This document shows positions 10,135 to 19,282 of a stretch of 53,400 bases of DNA, in pieces. This DNA is from Caulobacteraceae bacterium (GTDB lineage Bacteria; Pseudomonadota; Alphaproteobacteria; Caulobacterales; Caulobacteraceae), in contig JAIXTR010000608.1 in assembly GCA_027483845.1 (NCBI GenBank), positions 1-53,400 of the forward strand. The letters are read 5' to 3'. Within the stretch, counting starts at the first letter, position 1. Every line of letters starts with the position of its first letter. Position numbers and translations under genes: made by a program. The notes beneath the pieces were generated by a model. It was given only the letters and a program-made list of their open reading frames with translations. It was not told where the DNA came from and searched no databases.

Positions 10135-10818
10135 ATGCATCCGTACTTCCGGCCCCGGCCCACGCTGTCCGCCGCCCCAGAGACCACGCCCTACCAGCGG
10201 GCCGCCCAGGTCTGGGACGACCGCATGGGGCTCAGCCTCGCCCATGCGCGGAACTGGCGGCGGATGGCCTTTGCCAACCTGGCGATCGCCGCCTTCCTGG
10301 GGGCGGGGTGGTGGATGCAGAGCCGGGAGGCGCAGGTGAAGCCCTTCGTGGTCGAGGTCTCGGCCTGAGGCGAGACCCAGCGGATCACCGCCCTGGACGG
10401 TCGCTACGTCCCCACCGAGGCCCAGGTCGGCCACGCCTTGGCGGACTGGATTCGCAAGGTTCGGTCGAAGTCCATCGATCCCATCGTCATCCGGCAGAAC
10501 TGGCTGCAGGCGTACGACCTGGTGACCCCGCGGGGCGGGGCGGTCCTAAACGCCTGGGCCCAGGCGCACGACCCCTTCGCCGAACTCGGACGCGAGGCCG
10601 TGAACGTCGAGGTGCTCAACGTCGTGCGCCGGAGCTCGCGGACCTACGACCTGCAATGGCGCGAGACCCGCTTCGTCAATGGCCAGCAGTCCGGACAGGC
10701 GCGCTGGCGCGCCCTGATCACGGTGAAGATCCAAGCTCCCAGAACCGAGGCGGAGCTGATGAAGAACCCGCTCGGCATTCGCATCGAGGACGTGTCATGG
10801 ACCCCCGACGCCACCTGA
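10135..10818 (+). pseudogene. trbF: TrbF (VirB8-like), interrupted by an in-frame TGA at 10366-10368
   Basis: TPYQRAAQVWDDRMG..NWRRMAF..VKPFVVEVSA*GETQR..SIDPIVIRQNW..NPLGI reads in one frame. Confidence 0.9.
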
Positions 10819-11783
10819 CCCTCACGGCCTGCTGCCTCGCCCTGCAGAGTCCGCAAAAACTCGCCCGCGCCGAACCGGCCCTGGCGACGAATGCGGGTGA
10901 CGCGACCACGCCCGCGCCGCGCCCGGACCCGATGCCGGAGTCCGCGCCCCGGACCGTGTTCGTCGGCATGGCGCCGATCCCCAATCCGCCGCGGGCCGCC
11001 CAGGTCCCACCGGGACGGCCGGCCATCGCGGCGGCGAATGCGTCCGCCCGCGCCCGGTCCGTGGCGTCAGGGTTTCAGGACGGGGTGCAGGTCTTCGCCT
11101 ATGCGCCGGGCCGCATCTACGAGGTTTGGACGGCGCCCCTACGGGTCACCACCCTCACGCTGGCGCCGGAGGAGACGGTGATCTCCAAGGCCGCCGGCGA
11201 CACGGTTCGCTGGCAGATCGGCGAGACGACCTCCGGCGCCGGCCCGGACCAGAGGACGCATGTGATGCTCAAGCCGCTGCGCGAGGGCCTGGAGACCAAT
11301 CTGGTCCTGACAACAAACCAGCGTCTCTACCAACTGCACTTGCGGAGCGGCGCGCCGCCGGCGTTCAACGCCGCCATCGCCTGGAGCCTCGACGCGGCCG
11401 GTACGTCGCGAAAGCCGGCCGGCGTTGATGAACCGGTTGCCGAGCCGCCGCCATCAGCCCCAACGCCAACCCTCCTGCCTGAGGCTGCGGCCGGGCTGGA
11501 GGGCAGTTATCGCATCAAGGCGCCGGTGCGGCCGCCCGCCTGGACGCCGCGCGCCGTTCTGACGGACGGCGTGCGAACCTACCTGGTGTTCCCGCCGGGA
11601 CTGGCCGCCAGCGAGGCGCCGGCGCTCCTCGCCATCGGCGCTGGCGGTGAGCGCCAGCTCGTCAACTACCGGCAGCAAGGCGGGCTTTGGGTCGTGGATC
11701 GCGTGCTCGACCGGGCAGAACTGCGACTGGGCGACCGCCGGCCCCAGGTCGTGCGGATCCAGCGCCGGGAGGTGACGCCATGA
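10797..11783 (+). CDS. trbG: TrbG (VirB9)
   Basis: C-terminal 328 aa of the 1005-aa track ORF: AAGDTVRWQIG, LETNLVLTTNQRLY, EAPALL, LVNYR. Confidence 0.92.
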   Translation: MDPRRHLTLTACCLALQSPQKLARAEPALATNAGDATTPAPRPDPMPESAPRTVFVGMAPIPNPPRAAQVPPGRPAIAAANASARARSVASGFQDGVQVFAYAPGRIYEVWTAPLRVTTLTLAPEETVISKAAGDTVRWQIGETTSGAGPDQRTHVMLKPLREGLETNLVLTTNQRLYQLHLRSGAPPAFNAAIAWSLDAAGTSRKPAGVDEPVAEPPPSAPTPTLLPEAAAGLEGSYRIKAPVRPPAWTPRAVLTDGVRTYLVFPPGLAASEAPALLAIGAGGERQLVNYRQQGGLWVVDRVLDRAELRLGDRRPQVVRIQRREVTP

Positions 11784-12937
11784 CGACCGTTGAACCCAGC
11801 GGAGACGCGCCCCGGCCGAAGGCCCCCATGCCACCGCTGGACGCGCGCGCGCCCCGGCCCCCTGTCGTGCGCCTGCGGCGCAATGTGATCGCCGGTTTGG
11901 TTATGGGGGGCGCGAGTCTGGTGGCCGGGGCGCTCGCCTGGGCCTTCGTGGTGCAGCCCGAGCTGCGGACCCGCGCCCGGGACGCCGCGCCGGAGACGCC
12001 GGCGGCCGAAACGCAAGGGCGGGTGCGGCCCAGCGAACGGGTGACCGAGGCGCCGGCCACCTATGCGCAACTCGACCGTCTGCCGGAACCGCGGCGGCTC
12101 GGTCCGGACGCGCCGGTCCGGTCCGACACGCCGCCCGCGCCGCCCGTGTCGCCGCGACCCATCCCGGCGCGGCGGGGCGGGCCCGTCAACGATCCCGCCA
12201 CGGCGTCAAACCTGTTCTTCACGGCGGCGCCGCAGGTGTCGGCCACCAGAGCGCCCCCGTTGACGCCGGACGGCAACGCCGCGTCGCCCACAGAACCCAC
12301 CCGCCCGCGCCGGGGCGGCGACGCCGGCGCCGTCTACAACCCCAACACCTTGGCGGCGCCGATGAGTCCCTTCGAGGTGAAGGCCGGCGCGGTCATCCCG
12401 GCGGTCCTGCTCACGGCGATCGACACCGCGCGAAGCGGACCCGTCGTGGCGGCGGTCACAGAACCCGTCTTCGACACGGTGACCGGGCGCCACCTCGTCA
12501 TTCCGCAGGGAAGCCGTTTGATCGGGCGGCACGAGGGCGAGAGTCGGTATGGCGATCGGCGCGCTTTCATCGTCTGGGATCGCCTGCTGCTGCCGAACGG
12601 CAAGAGCCTGGTCCTGACCGGCGAGCCCGGTGTGGACTCACAAGGGGCCGTGGGGCTGGTCGGACAGGTCGATCGGCGACTTGGTTCGCTCACACTCGCC
12701 ACCCTGTTCGCCGGCGCGGTCACCGCGCTTGGGCAGGCCGCGCGGAACGACGACGGGCAGGGGGCCGGCGGTCTGCTGGGCGACGCCGGCGACGCGGCCG
12801 CCATCGAGGCCGTCCAGGTCGGCGGCCGGCTGATCGACCGCGAGCTTGAGGTCCGTCCTACGATCCGCTTGCGGGCGGGAGCCCGCGTCCGGGCGCTCGT
12901 CACCCGCGATCTCGTGCTGGAGCCCTTTCGCCCATGA
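11780..12937 (+). CDS. trbI: TrbI (VirB10)
   Basis: TM plus Pro-rich linker, SPFEVKAGAVIPAVLLTAI, DTVTGRHLVIPQGSRLIG, VTRDLVLEP. Confidence 0.93.
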   Translation: MTTVEPSGDAPRPKAPMPPLDARAPRPPVVRLRRNVIAGLVMGGASLVAGALAWAFVVQPELRTRARDAAPETPAAETQGRVRPSERVTEAPATYAQLDRLPEPRRLGPDAPVRSDTPPAPPVSPRPIPARRGGPVNDPATASNLFFTAAPQVSATRAPPLTPDGNAASPTEPTRPRRGGDAGAVYNPNTLAAPMSPFEVKAGAVIPAVLLTAIDTARSGPVVAAVTEPVFDTVTGRHLVIPQGSRLIGRHEGESRYGDRRAFIVWDRLLLPNGKSLVLTGEPGVDSQGAVGLVGQVDRRLGSLTLATLFAGAVTALGQAARNDDGQGAGGLLGDAGDAAAIEAVQVGGRLIDRELEVRPTIRLRAGARVRALVTRDLVLEPFRP

Positions 12938-13437
12938 AACGCCGAGTGGCCCTCCTGGCCCTGAGCCTCGGCGGCGCCGGCCTCGGGCTGGCGCTGGCCG
13001 GCCATACTCTGGGGCCGACACCGCGCCTGCTGGTGAACGAGAGTCACAGCCTCCCGCGCGGCCTCTACCGGTGGGTCGGCACGGTGCCGCACCGCGGCGA
13101 CGTCGTGGCGATCCGGCCGCCGGCGGTGGCGGCCGCCTACCTGGCCAGCCTCGGCGCGCCGTCGGACCTGCCGCTTCTGAAGCGGGTCGCAGCGATGGAC
13201 GGCGATCGACTGTGCCTGGATGCGGCGGGGCTGCGATGGCCGGGCGGCGCGACGGGGCCGGTGGCCGACCGCGATCGGACTGGCCGGGACCTCCCGAACT
13301 GGCGGGGCTGTCGACGACTGGGGCGCGACCACCTGCTGGTGATGGGCGACAGCCCGTCCAGCTTCGACAGCCGTTACTTCGGCCCCGTGGAGCGCGGGGC
13401 CGTGACCGGCGTCTACCGGGAGCTTGTACGATGGTGA
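12934..13437 (+). CDS. traF: S26-family pilin-maturation peptidase TraF
   Basis: NESHSLPRGLY (catalytic Ser), LLKRVAA (Lys), SFDSRYFGPV. Confidence 0.9.
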   Translation: MKRRVALLALSLGGAGLGLALAGHTLGPTPRLLVNESHSLPRGLYRWVGTVPHRGDVVAIRPPAVAAAYLASLGAPSDLPLLKRVAAMDGDRLCLDAAGLRWPGGATGPVADRDRTGRDLPNWRGCRRLGRDHLLVMGDSPSSFDSRYFGPVERGAVTGVYRELVRW

Positions 13438-14024
13438 GATTCAAGCCGATGATCTCGCTGGTGGCCGTGATGGTGGCTCCGCCAGCCCACACCGAAACCA
13501 CCTGGGGCCAGGCCGGGGGACGCCTGTTCGTCGAAGCACCGTCTGCAATCATGGAGGATCTGCGCGAGCTCCACCCGGTCCGACTCGAAGCCCCAGAGCA
13601 ACCGTTCAACGCGGCCGTGTCCGCGGCGGCTGAACGACACGGGCTCGACCCGAAACTTCTTCATGCGCTGATCATCGTGGAGAGCGGTTATCGAAGCCGC
13701 GCGGTGTCGCCTGCGGGCGCCCAGGGACTGACACAACTCATGCCCGCAACCGCGGCTGAGCTCGGGGTAAGAGACCCACTGGATGCGGCGACCAATCTCG
13801 CGGGCGGGACGGAATATCTCGTCCGCCAGATCGCCCGCTTCGGCGATCTAAGACTAGCGCTCGCGGCCTACAACGCCGGCCCCGAGCGGGTGGCCCGCCT
13901 CGGCCGCATCCCCGAAATCGCCGAGACCCAGGCCTACGTCGGGGCGGTGGTGGATTGCTATCTGGCCCTGTCGGCAGGCCGCATCGTCCGCCGCGCGGCC
14001 GATTGCCGGCCGGTCTCAAGATGA
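13431..14024 (+). CDS. Lytic transglycosylase (SLT, VirB1-like)
   Basis: ALIIVES, AVSPAGAQGLTQLMPATA, ALAAYNAG, ETQAYV motifs. Confidence 0.9.
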   Translation: MVRFKPMISLVAVMVAPPAHTETTWGQAGGRLFVEAPSAIMEDLRELHPVRLEAPEQPFNAAVSAAAERHGLDPKLLHALIIVESGYRSRAVSPAGAQGLTQLMPATAAELGVRDPLDAATNLAGGTEYLVRQIARFGDLRLALAAYNAGPERVARLGRIPEIAETQAYVGAVVDCYLALSAGRIVRRAADCRPVSR

Positions 14025-14308
14025 TTCCAGCCGATTCCACGCCGGGCGCGTCCCCTGCAGAACACGACGCAGATCTCCTCACGCGTCAGGAGGCCTCCGC
14101 CTATCTTGCGCGGTTCGGGATCGGGCTGAAGCCGCAGAGCCTGGCCCGGATGTGGTCCGTCGGCTGTGAGGGACCGCCTTGCCGACATATTCGCAGCAAG
14201 CCCTACTATCCGCGCGGCGAGTTGCGCGCCTGGGCGATGGGCCAGCGGTCCGACCTCAGGACGGCGCGGCCAGATGCGCGCCACCGCTGGAGTTCGTCCG
14301 CCCGATGA
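14021..14308 (+). CDS. Excisionase/HTH_17-like DNA-binding protein
   Basis: LLTRQEASAYL..LKPQSLARMWSVGCEGPP..PYYPRGELRAW winged-HTH pattern; ATGA overlap with slt. Confidence 0.7.
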   Translation: MIPADSTPGASPAEHDADLLTRQEASAYLARFGIGLKPQSLARMWSVGCEGPPCRHIRSKPYYPRGELRAWAMGQRSDLRTARPDARHRWSSSAR

Positions 14309-14715
14309 CGCACTGGCGTGAGCACCTGGATCCCGATCGATCGGGCGAGCGGTTCCTCTCCTGGAAAGAGGTGGCCCGGGCGACGGGCTTGAGCCGCACC
14401 ACGGCCTGGCGACTCCAGAAGCGTGACGACTTCCCAGCCGCCTACACTCTCTCCCCGGGTCGGGTCGCCTTTCGAGCGGACGAGGTCGAGGCCTGGCGCG
14501 CCTCGAGGAACCGCAATGTTCCGCGGGGACACAGCGGCCGTCCCCCGCCCAGTGAAGTGATCTCGCGTCCGGACGGCGGGGGCGGAGCTGCCGCCTCGCC
14601 TCAGCGGTCTTGGGATGCGAGAACACCCGCGGGCGTCTCCCTTGGGAAACCCAGACGGCGACGCCGGTCCGATAAGCCTGCCGTGATCGCGCAGCAGATC
14701 ATGTTCGACTTCTAG
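14305..14715 (+). CDS. AlpA-family regulator / recombination directionality factor with extended C-terminal tail
   Basis: FLSWKEVARATGLSRTTAWRLQKRDDFP..LSPGRVAFRADEVEAW is an AlpA signature. Confidence 0.85.
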   Translation: MTHWREHLDPDRSGERFLSWKEVARATGLSRTTAWRLQKRDDFPAAYTLSPGRVAFRADEVEAWRASRNRNVPRGHSGRPPPSEVISRPDGGGGAAASPQRSWDARTPAGVSLGKPRRRRRSDKPAVIAQQIMFDF

Positions 14716-14719
14716 ACGC

Positions 14720-14745
14720 GGCCGCCTCACGTCAATGTGGCGGCC
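14720..14745. terminator. Hairpin between convergent alpA and cytochrome c genes
   Basis: GGCCGCC (14720-26) pairs with GGCGGCC (14739-45); no clear U-tract. Confidence 0.4.
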
Positions 14746-14785
14746 CTGGGCGCTGCGCTAGCAGTCATTTCGGCGCCAGAGCGCG

Positions 14786-15568
14786 TCAGTCGCCGCGAGC
14801 CTTCGCCCAGGCGGTCAGATAGGCGTGAAGGGCGTCTACATCCGCCATAGGAAGGCGGGCGAAGCGCTTTCGCGCGGCTTCGCCCATCTCTCCCACCGAG
14901 CGCCCGCGCGGACCTTCACCTTTGGATAAAAGTGTTCTGAAGTCGGCCCGGGAATAGCCGGCGGTGATGGCCAGGTCGGGAGGATCGCCCGCTTGCGAGG
15001 GCGTGAATCCCCGGAGGCTAGGCGCATGACATCCGGCGCAATAGATCCGCGCGAGGTAGCGTCCGCGCTCATCAACTGGCGCCGTCGCCGCCGGAGGGTT
15101 GGCCAGGTCGTACGCCAGGGTCGCCGACTCAGGTTTCGCGACGCCCTTCCGCACCAGGTCGTCGAACCTTGGCGTCGTGCGAATGCGCGGATGAGGCTCG
15201 CCGGTCGGATTGAGCGTCCGCAAATAGGCCAGGAGGTCGCCCAGGTCGCTGTCCGAAAGCGCGGCGTAAGGTGCGGCGTCCATGTACCAGAGGCGCGAAC
15301 CATCCGGTCGAACACCGGTGGTGAGGACGGTCTTGAACGCCGCGTCGGAATAATGCGGCAGAGCGCGGGTCAGATTGCTGGCGTAGAGCACGACCACGCT
15401 GTCGTCGTGGGAGACCTTCTGGCCCGTAAGGTCGCCGCCGTGGCAATCGCGACATCCGAGGGCCTCCGCGAGCAGGGCTCCGCGAGCGCTCTGCTCAGGG
15501 GCGCATCCAGACAGGCCTAGCGCAATGCCCAGAACCGCCGCGGCCATTTGCCTGAACGATCGCCCCAT
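14786..15568 (-). CDS. Di-heme c-type cytochrome lipoprotein
   Basis: Lipobox LSGC; two CxxCH motifs (CRDCH, CAGCH); ASNLT and GVRPDG motifs. Confidence 0.88.
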   Translation of the reverse strand: MGRSFRQMAAAVLGIALGLSGCAPEQSARGALLAEALGCRDCHGGDLTGQKVSHDDSVVVLYASNLTRALPHYSDAAFKTVLTTGVRPDGSRLWYMDAAPYAALSDSDLGDLLAYLRTLNPTGEPHPRIRTTPRFDDLVRKGVAKPESATLAYDLANPPAATAPVDERGRYLARIYCAGCHAPSLRGFTPSQAGDPPDLAITAGYSRADFRTLLSKGEGPRGRSVGEMGEAARKRFARLPMADVDALHAYLTAWAKARGD

Positions 15569-15696
15569 GGCCCCCCCGATCAGGAACGGTGGCAGCGCGT
15601 CCGCATCTGCGCAAGGCTTAGAAGCGCCGCGCTAACCCCGGGGTGTTCGCAGGCGCCGTAGATCGAGATCTGACGCGTCAACGGCTCGCGTTTCCA

Positions 15697-15936
15697 TCAA
15701 ACCCGGCGCTGAAATCGCGCCGAGGTGGCGCGCTGGCGATCGCTGGGCTGATAGCCGATGAGGGCGTAAGCGGCCACGAGGCTCCCGAAGCGCCGGATGT
15801 AGGTGTTGGGCGCGCGCGTAATCTTTGACGCCTCAATCAGGCTGGAGGTTAGCTTGCCTCGCGCCGCAAGTAGCCGTCGCAACTCGTCCAGCAAGTGCTC
15901 GTCGGTCGGCGTGCTCGGTCTTCGGTCGACGCTCAT
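15697..15936 (-). CDS. Stand-alone fragment resembling the C-terminal region of alphaproteobacterial large serine recombinases
   Basis: TDEHLLDELRRLLAARGKLTSSLI..PNTYIRRFGSLVAAYALIGY resembles, from memory, recombinase C-termini; no catalytic domain upstream. Confidence 0.5.
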   Translation of the reverse strand: MSVDRRPSTPTDEHLLDELRRLLAARGKLTSSLIEASKITRAPNTYIRRFGSLVAAYALIGYQPSDRQRATSARFQRRV

Positions 15937-16270
15937 CTGGGTATCAATCGGGTCCCTGCGCCAATTGGCGACTTCGCGCCGCACGGTTTGGATTGTTCAG
16001 AGTACCCCCAAGGCTGATGAACTGCCTCGGTGTGACGGAGGAGAGAGGATACGAACACCTCCATTGGGGCGAAGTGGAAAACCGCAGCGCTTTGGCAGCG
16101 AGATGACGTGCCAAAACGGCCGCTGGGCTCCGGCTCCCATTGAAGACTCCGAGCATCTTGACCAACGTCGGGCAACGATGAAGCTGGCACCGATGGCAGA
16201 TTACGTGAAGAAATTCGCCAATAGCAGCTGCTGAGCGCAGCTCGCGCGCTTCACACCGGGGTAGCCGTCG

Positions 16271-16347
16271 CGGCGCCCGCAAGCGGACGTTCGACCCACC
16301 GGGTAAAAGCGGACATACCTAAGATGAGTGATGGGTGGAAAGGTGAC
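16271..16347. repeat. Cluster of degenerate GTCCGC..AAGCGGAC-type REP-like repeats
   Basis: CGGCGCCCGCAAGCGGACGT (16271-90), GGGTAAAAGCGGACAT (16301-16), ATGAGTGATGGGTGGAAAGGTGAC (16324-47). Confidence 0.5.
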
Positions 16348-16366
16348 TCTGCTGCCCGCGATGCTG

Positions 16367-17368
16367 TCACTGCTCCAGAGGTTGTTGTTCGCCTCGGCAG
16401 AATGGGCGCCGAGCGGCCGCTGCCGCGGAGGCACCGCCGATTTGCGTCGCCACCGCACACATTCGGGTCGGAGGAAGCTCGATGATCCCAAATGGTGGGG
16501 CAAGCGATTGCACCTTCCGATCCAGCAGTTGGACCAGTGGACCCGCATAGGGCTCGGCGGCGGGGCCGGCCATACCCAACGCGAAGGCCAACTCATAAAG
16601 TCGATTGCGGCCCAAGAGCGGTATCGGCTTGTCCGGCGGGGTTTGCGCCAGGAGATCAGTCATCAACTGCCGGACGCGCTCTAAAGCCCCTGGATGGCCT
16701 GCCGCCACGGCCACTTGCGCCGCGCCCGTGCCCATGCTGTCCAGCGCCGAGATCTGGGCGAAAGCCTGCCGGCCAAAGGGCCGCGCCGCTGGACCGAACT
16801 CCGCGAGAACCAGGCGCGCATAGGGGCGCAGATCGGTTCGCAGGCCATCGGACGGAATGGGGTCGGCGGCAAAAGCGGTCCTGGCGATGGATTGGACGAT
16901 CTGCGGATGCGTTGGACCAATTTGCTGGGCGAGCGCGATAGGCGGCTCAAAGAGCCATGGCGAGTCGAACACGCCTCCGCGCACGGCGGCTTCCGCAACG
17001 GCTTGCTGCAACTCGGCCTCTAGACAGGGTCTTGGCGCATGCCGATCTAAAAGATCGCTACGGGCGCGGCGCCAGGGCTGAGCGAAATGTTCGACCGCGC
17101 CCCAACCGAGCAACCCAACAGGGCGGCCGCGGAAATTCCGCAGGACTTCCAGTGCGGTTCGGTCTTGAGCGCGCTCCTCGACCGTCGGGGCGCGGCAGGG
17201 CGTCGTCTGGGCCCACAGTGGCGTGCGGGCTCCGCCTGGATCCAGTAGCCGGCGGTTTCCCGCCGCTTCGGCCGCAAGATGCCTGCTCACCGCATCGTCA
17301 GCGATCCAGCCGCCCGCGAACGCCAGCATAACCAGGAACGCGATCAGGACTTTGGGCATGCGCTCCAC
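16367..17368 (-). CDS. Exported or membrane-anchored helical hypothetical protein (333 aa)
   Basis: Long ORF with an N-terminal hydrophobic segment (VLIAFLVMLAFAGGW); no recognised domain. Confidence 0.7.
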   Translation of the reverse strand: MERMPKVLIAFLVMLAFAGGWIADDAVSRHLAAEAAGNRRLLDPGGARTPLWAQTTPCRAPTVEERAQDRTALEVLRNFRGRPVGLLGWGAVEHFAQPWRRARSDLLDRHAPRPCLEAELQQAVAEAAVRGGVFDSPWLFEPPIALAQQIGPTHPQIVQSIARTAFAADPIPSDGLRTDLRPYARLVLAEFGPAARPFGRQAFAQISALDSMGTGAAQVAVAAGHPGALERVRQLMTDLLAQTPPDKPIPLLGRNRLYELAFALGMAGPAAEPYAGPLVQLLDRKVQSLAPPFGIIELPPTRMCAVATQIGGASAAAAARRPFCRGEQQPLEQ

Positions 17369-17435
17369 TCGCGGTGAGTCGACAGGTCGCGACCGGCCGT
17401 TGGCTTTCGAGACTCTGAAGCGGCGAGTGTTGAGG

Positions 17436-17521
17436 GTCCGCTAAGGGTCGATTGCTGCCATAGCCGGCGAGGGCGCCTGACCGTCTGCTTCCGGCGCCGA
17501 TCCCAGTGTCAGCTTCTGACT
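17436..17521. repeat. Second cluster of the same degenerate palindromic repeats, interrupted by IS1182
   Basis: GTCCGCTAAGGGTCGATTGCTGCC (17436-59), GTCTGCTTCCGGCGCCG (17483-99), GTCAGCT (17508-14) whose partner AGCTGAC lies beyond the IS at 19349-55. Confidence 0.55.
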
Positions 17522-17545
17522 GAGGCTGTGTAAAAACGTGAGGCG

Positions 17546-17773
17546 CTACGGCTGCCGTGACATCAGCAGGAGGTCAGACTCCGGTTCGGTGTAGTGGATC
17601 AGGCCGAAGTCGGGGAAGTCGATCATCACGCCGGCTTCGAGGCATGCCCACTGCGGCGCTGGGTGATCAGGGGTGTAGACCCCGTCGTCGATAGAACACA
17701 CCACGACGCCGGGGCGACCGCCAAGGGTCACCCGGTCGCCAACTCTGACGGGCTCTCCGCTGCAGTAGTTCAT
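17546..17773 (-). CDS. Small hypothetical protein (75 aa) carried inside the IS left end
   Basis: MNYCSGEPVRVGDRVTLGGRPGVVVCSIDDGVY..GVMIDFPDFGLIHY..; globular, beta-rich composition. Confidence 0.7.
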   Translation of the reverse strand: MNYCSGEPVRVGDRVTLGGRPGVVVCSIDDGVYTPDHPAPQWACLEAGVMIDFPDFGLIHYTEPESDLLLMSRQP

Positions 17774-17845
17774 AGCCGCTCCCGGCGCTACTTGGGTCGG
17801 GCGAAGCAGCCCAGACTCATGATGCACGATATCCGAGGCGCGAGG

Positions 17846-19282
17846 ATGAGCCGCTTCGTCGAGGGGGAAGATCGCAGGCAACCAGCGTTGCTGCCGAGCT
17901 GCCTGAAAGATTACGTCAGCGAGGACAACTCGGCGCGGGTGATCGACGTCTTCATCGACGAACTCGACCTCGGCGGCTTGGGCTTCGTGGTGGTGTCAGC
18001 GGTGACGGGGCGGCCTTCGTACCATTCGGCCACGCTGCTAAAGCTCTACATCTGCGGCTACCTGAACCGGGTGCAGTCGAGCCGACGGCTGGAGCGCGAG
18101 GCGCAGCGCAACGTCGAGCTGATGTGGCTGACGGGCAAGCTCGTGCCGGATCACAAGACCATCGCCAACTTCCGGAAGGACAATGGTCCGGCGATGCACG
18201 CGACCTGCGCCCACTTCATCGTCCTCTGCCGCCAGATCGGGCTCTTCACCCAGGCCGTGGCGGCGGTGGACGGCAGCAAGTTCAAGGCGGGGAACACGCG
18301 CGAGAAGAACTTCACGGTGACCAAGCTGAAGAGGCGGGTCGAATAGGTCGCCGCCTACATCGCCGGCTACCTGCAGGACCTCGACACTGCCGATCGCCAC
18401 GAGGGCGACGCCGTCGAAGCACGCGCTGCAAAGCTGAGGGACAAGATCGAGACCCTGCGCACACAGATGTAGATGCTGAGGGCAATGGAGACGCAGCTGG
18501 CCGCCTCGCCCGACGGCCAGGTCTCGCTGACGGATCCTGACTCCCGGGCCATGGCCACCAGCGGCCGTGGCAGCGGGATCGTCGGCTATAACGTCCAGAG
18601 CGCCGTCGACGCCGAGCATCACCTGATCGTCGCCCACGACGTAGTCATGGCGCCGACAGACCGTAACCAGCTCAGCTCAATCAGCGCTCTGGCCAAGGAC
18701 GCCATGGGCGTGGAGCGGCTTGATGTGCTGGCGGACCGCGGCTACTTCGCCGGCGAGGAGATCCTGGCGTGCGAGGCCATCGGCGTTACGCCCTATGTCC
18801 CGAAGCCGCTGACCGGAAACGCCAGGCTGGAAGGCCGCTTCGGCAAGCAGGACTTTACCTACGTCGCCGAGCAGGACGTCTACCGCCGCCCGGCCGGCAA
18901 CCTGCTCCCGTACCACATGACGACGGTGGAGAAGGGCGTCACGCTCCACCGATACTGGGACCTGGAGAGCTGCCGCGCGTGTGCGATCAAGCCTCAGTGC
19001 ACAACCAGCCTCAACCGGCGGATCATGCGCTGGGAGCGCGAGGAGATCATCGAGGCCATGCAGCGCCGGATGGACCTGGCGCCCTACGCCATGCGCGCTC
19101 GACGGCGGATCGTCGAACACCCCTTCGGCACGATCAAAAGCTGGATGGGCAACCCGCACCTGCTGATGAAGCGGCTGAAGAACGTGAAGACAGAGATCGG
19201 CCTCCACGTGCTGGCCTACAACATGAAGCGCGTGATGCAGATCCTCGGGACCAGCCCACTGATGGCGGCGATGAGGATCTGA
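17846..19282 (+). pseudogene. IS1182 DDE transposase with two in-frame TAG stops (18344-46, 18470-72)
   Basis: MSRFVEGEDRRQ..SSRRLEREAQRNVELMWL..PDHKTIA..AVDGSKFKA..SLTDPD..GYNVQ..LADRGY..VEHPFGTIK all in one frame. Confidence 0.92.

Noticed and set aside
10366-10368. TGA in trbF as selenocysteine or programmed readthrough
   Set aside because: TrbF is not a redox protein and no SECIS-like element is recognisable; a nonsense mutation or error is simpler.
8766-11783. 1005-aa ORF as a giant fusion protein
   Set aside because: The first ~677 aa are an Arg/Pro-rich shadow frame over trbL and trbF; only 10797-11783 is TrbG.
15803-16282. Several overlapping short ORFs
   Set aside because: No motifs, no RBS and atypical composition; coding cannot be supported.
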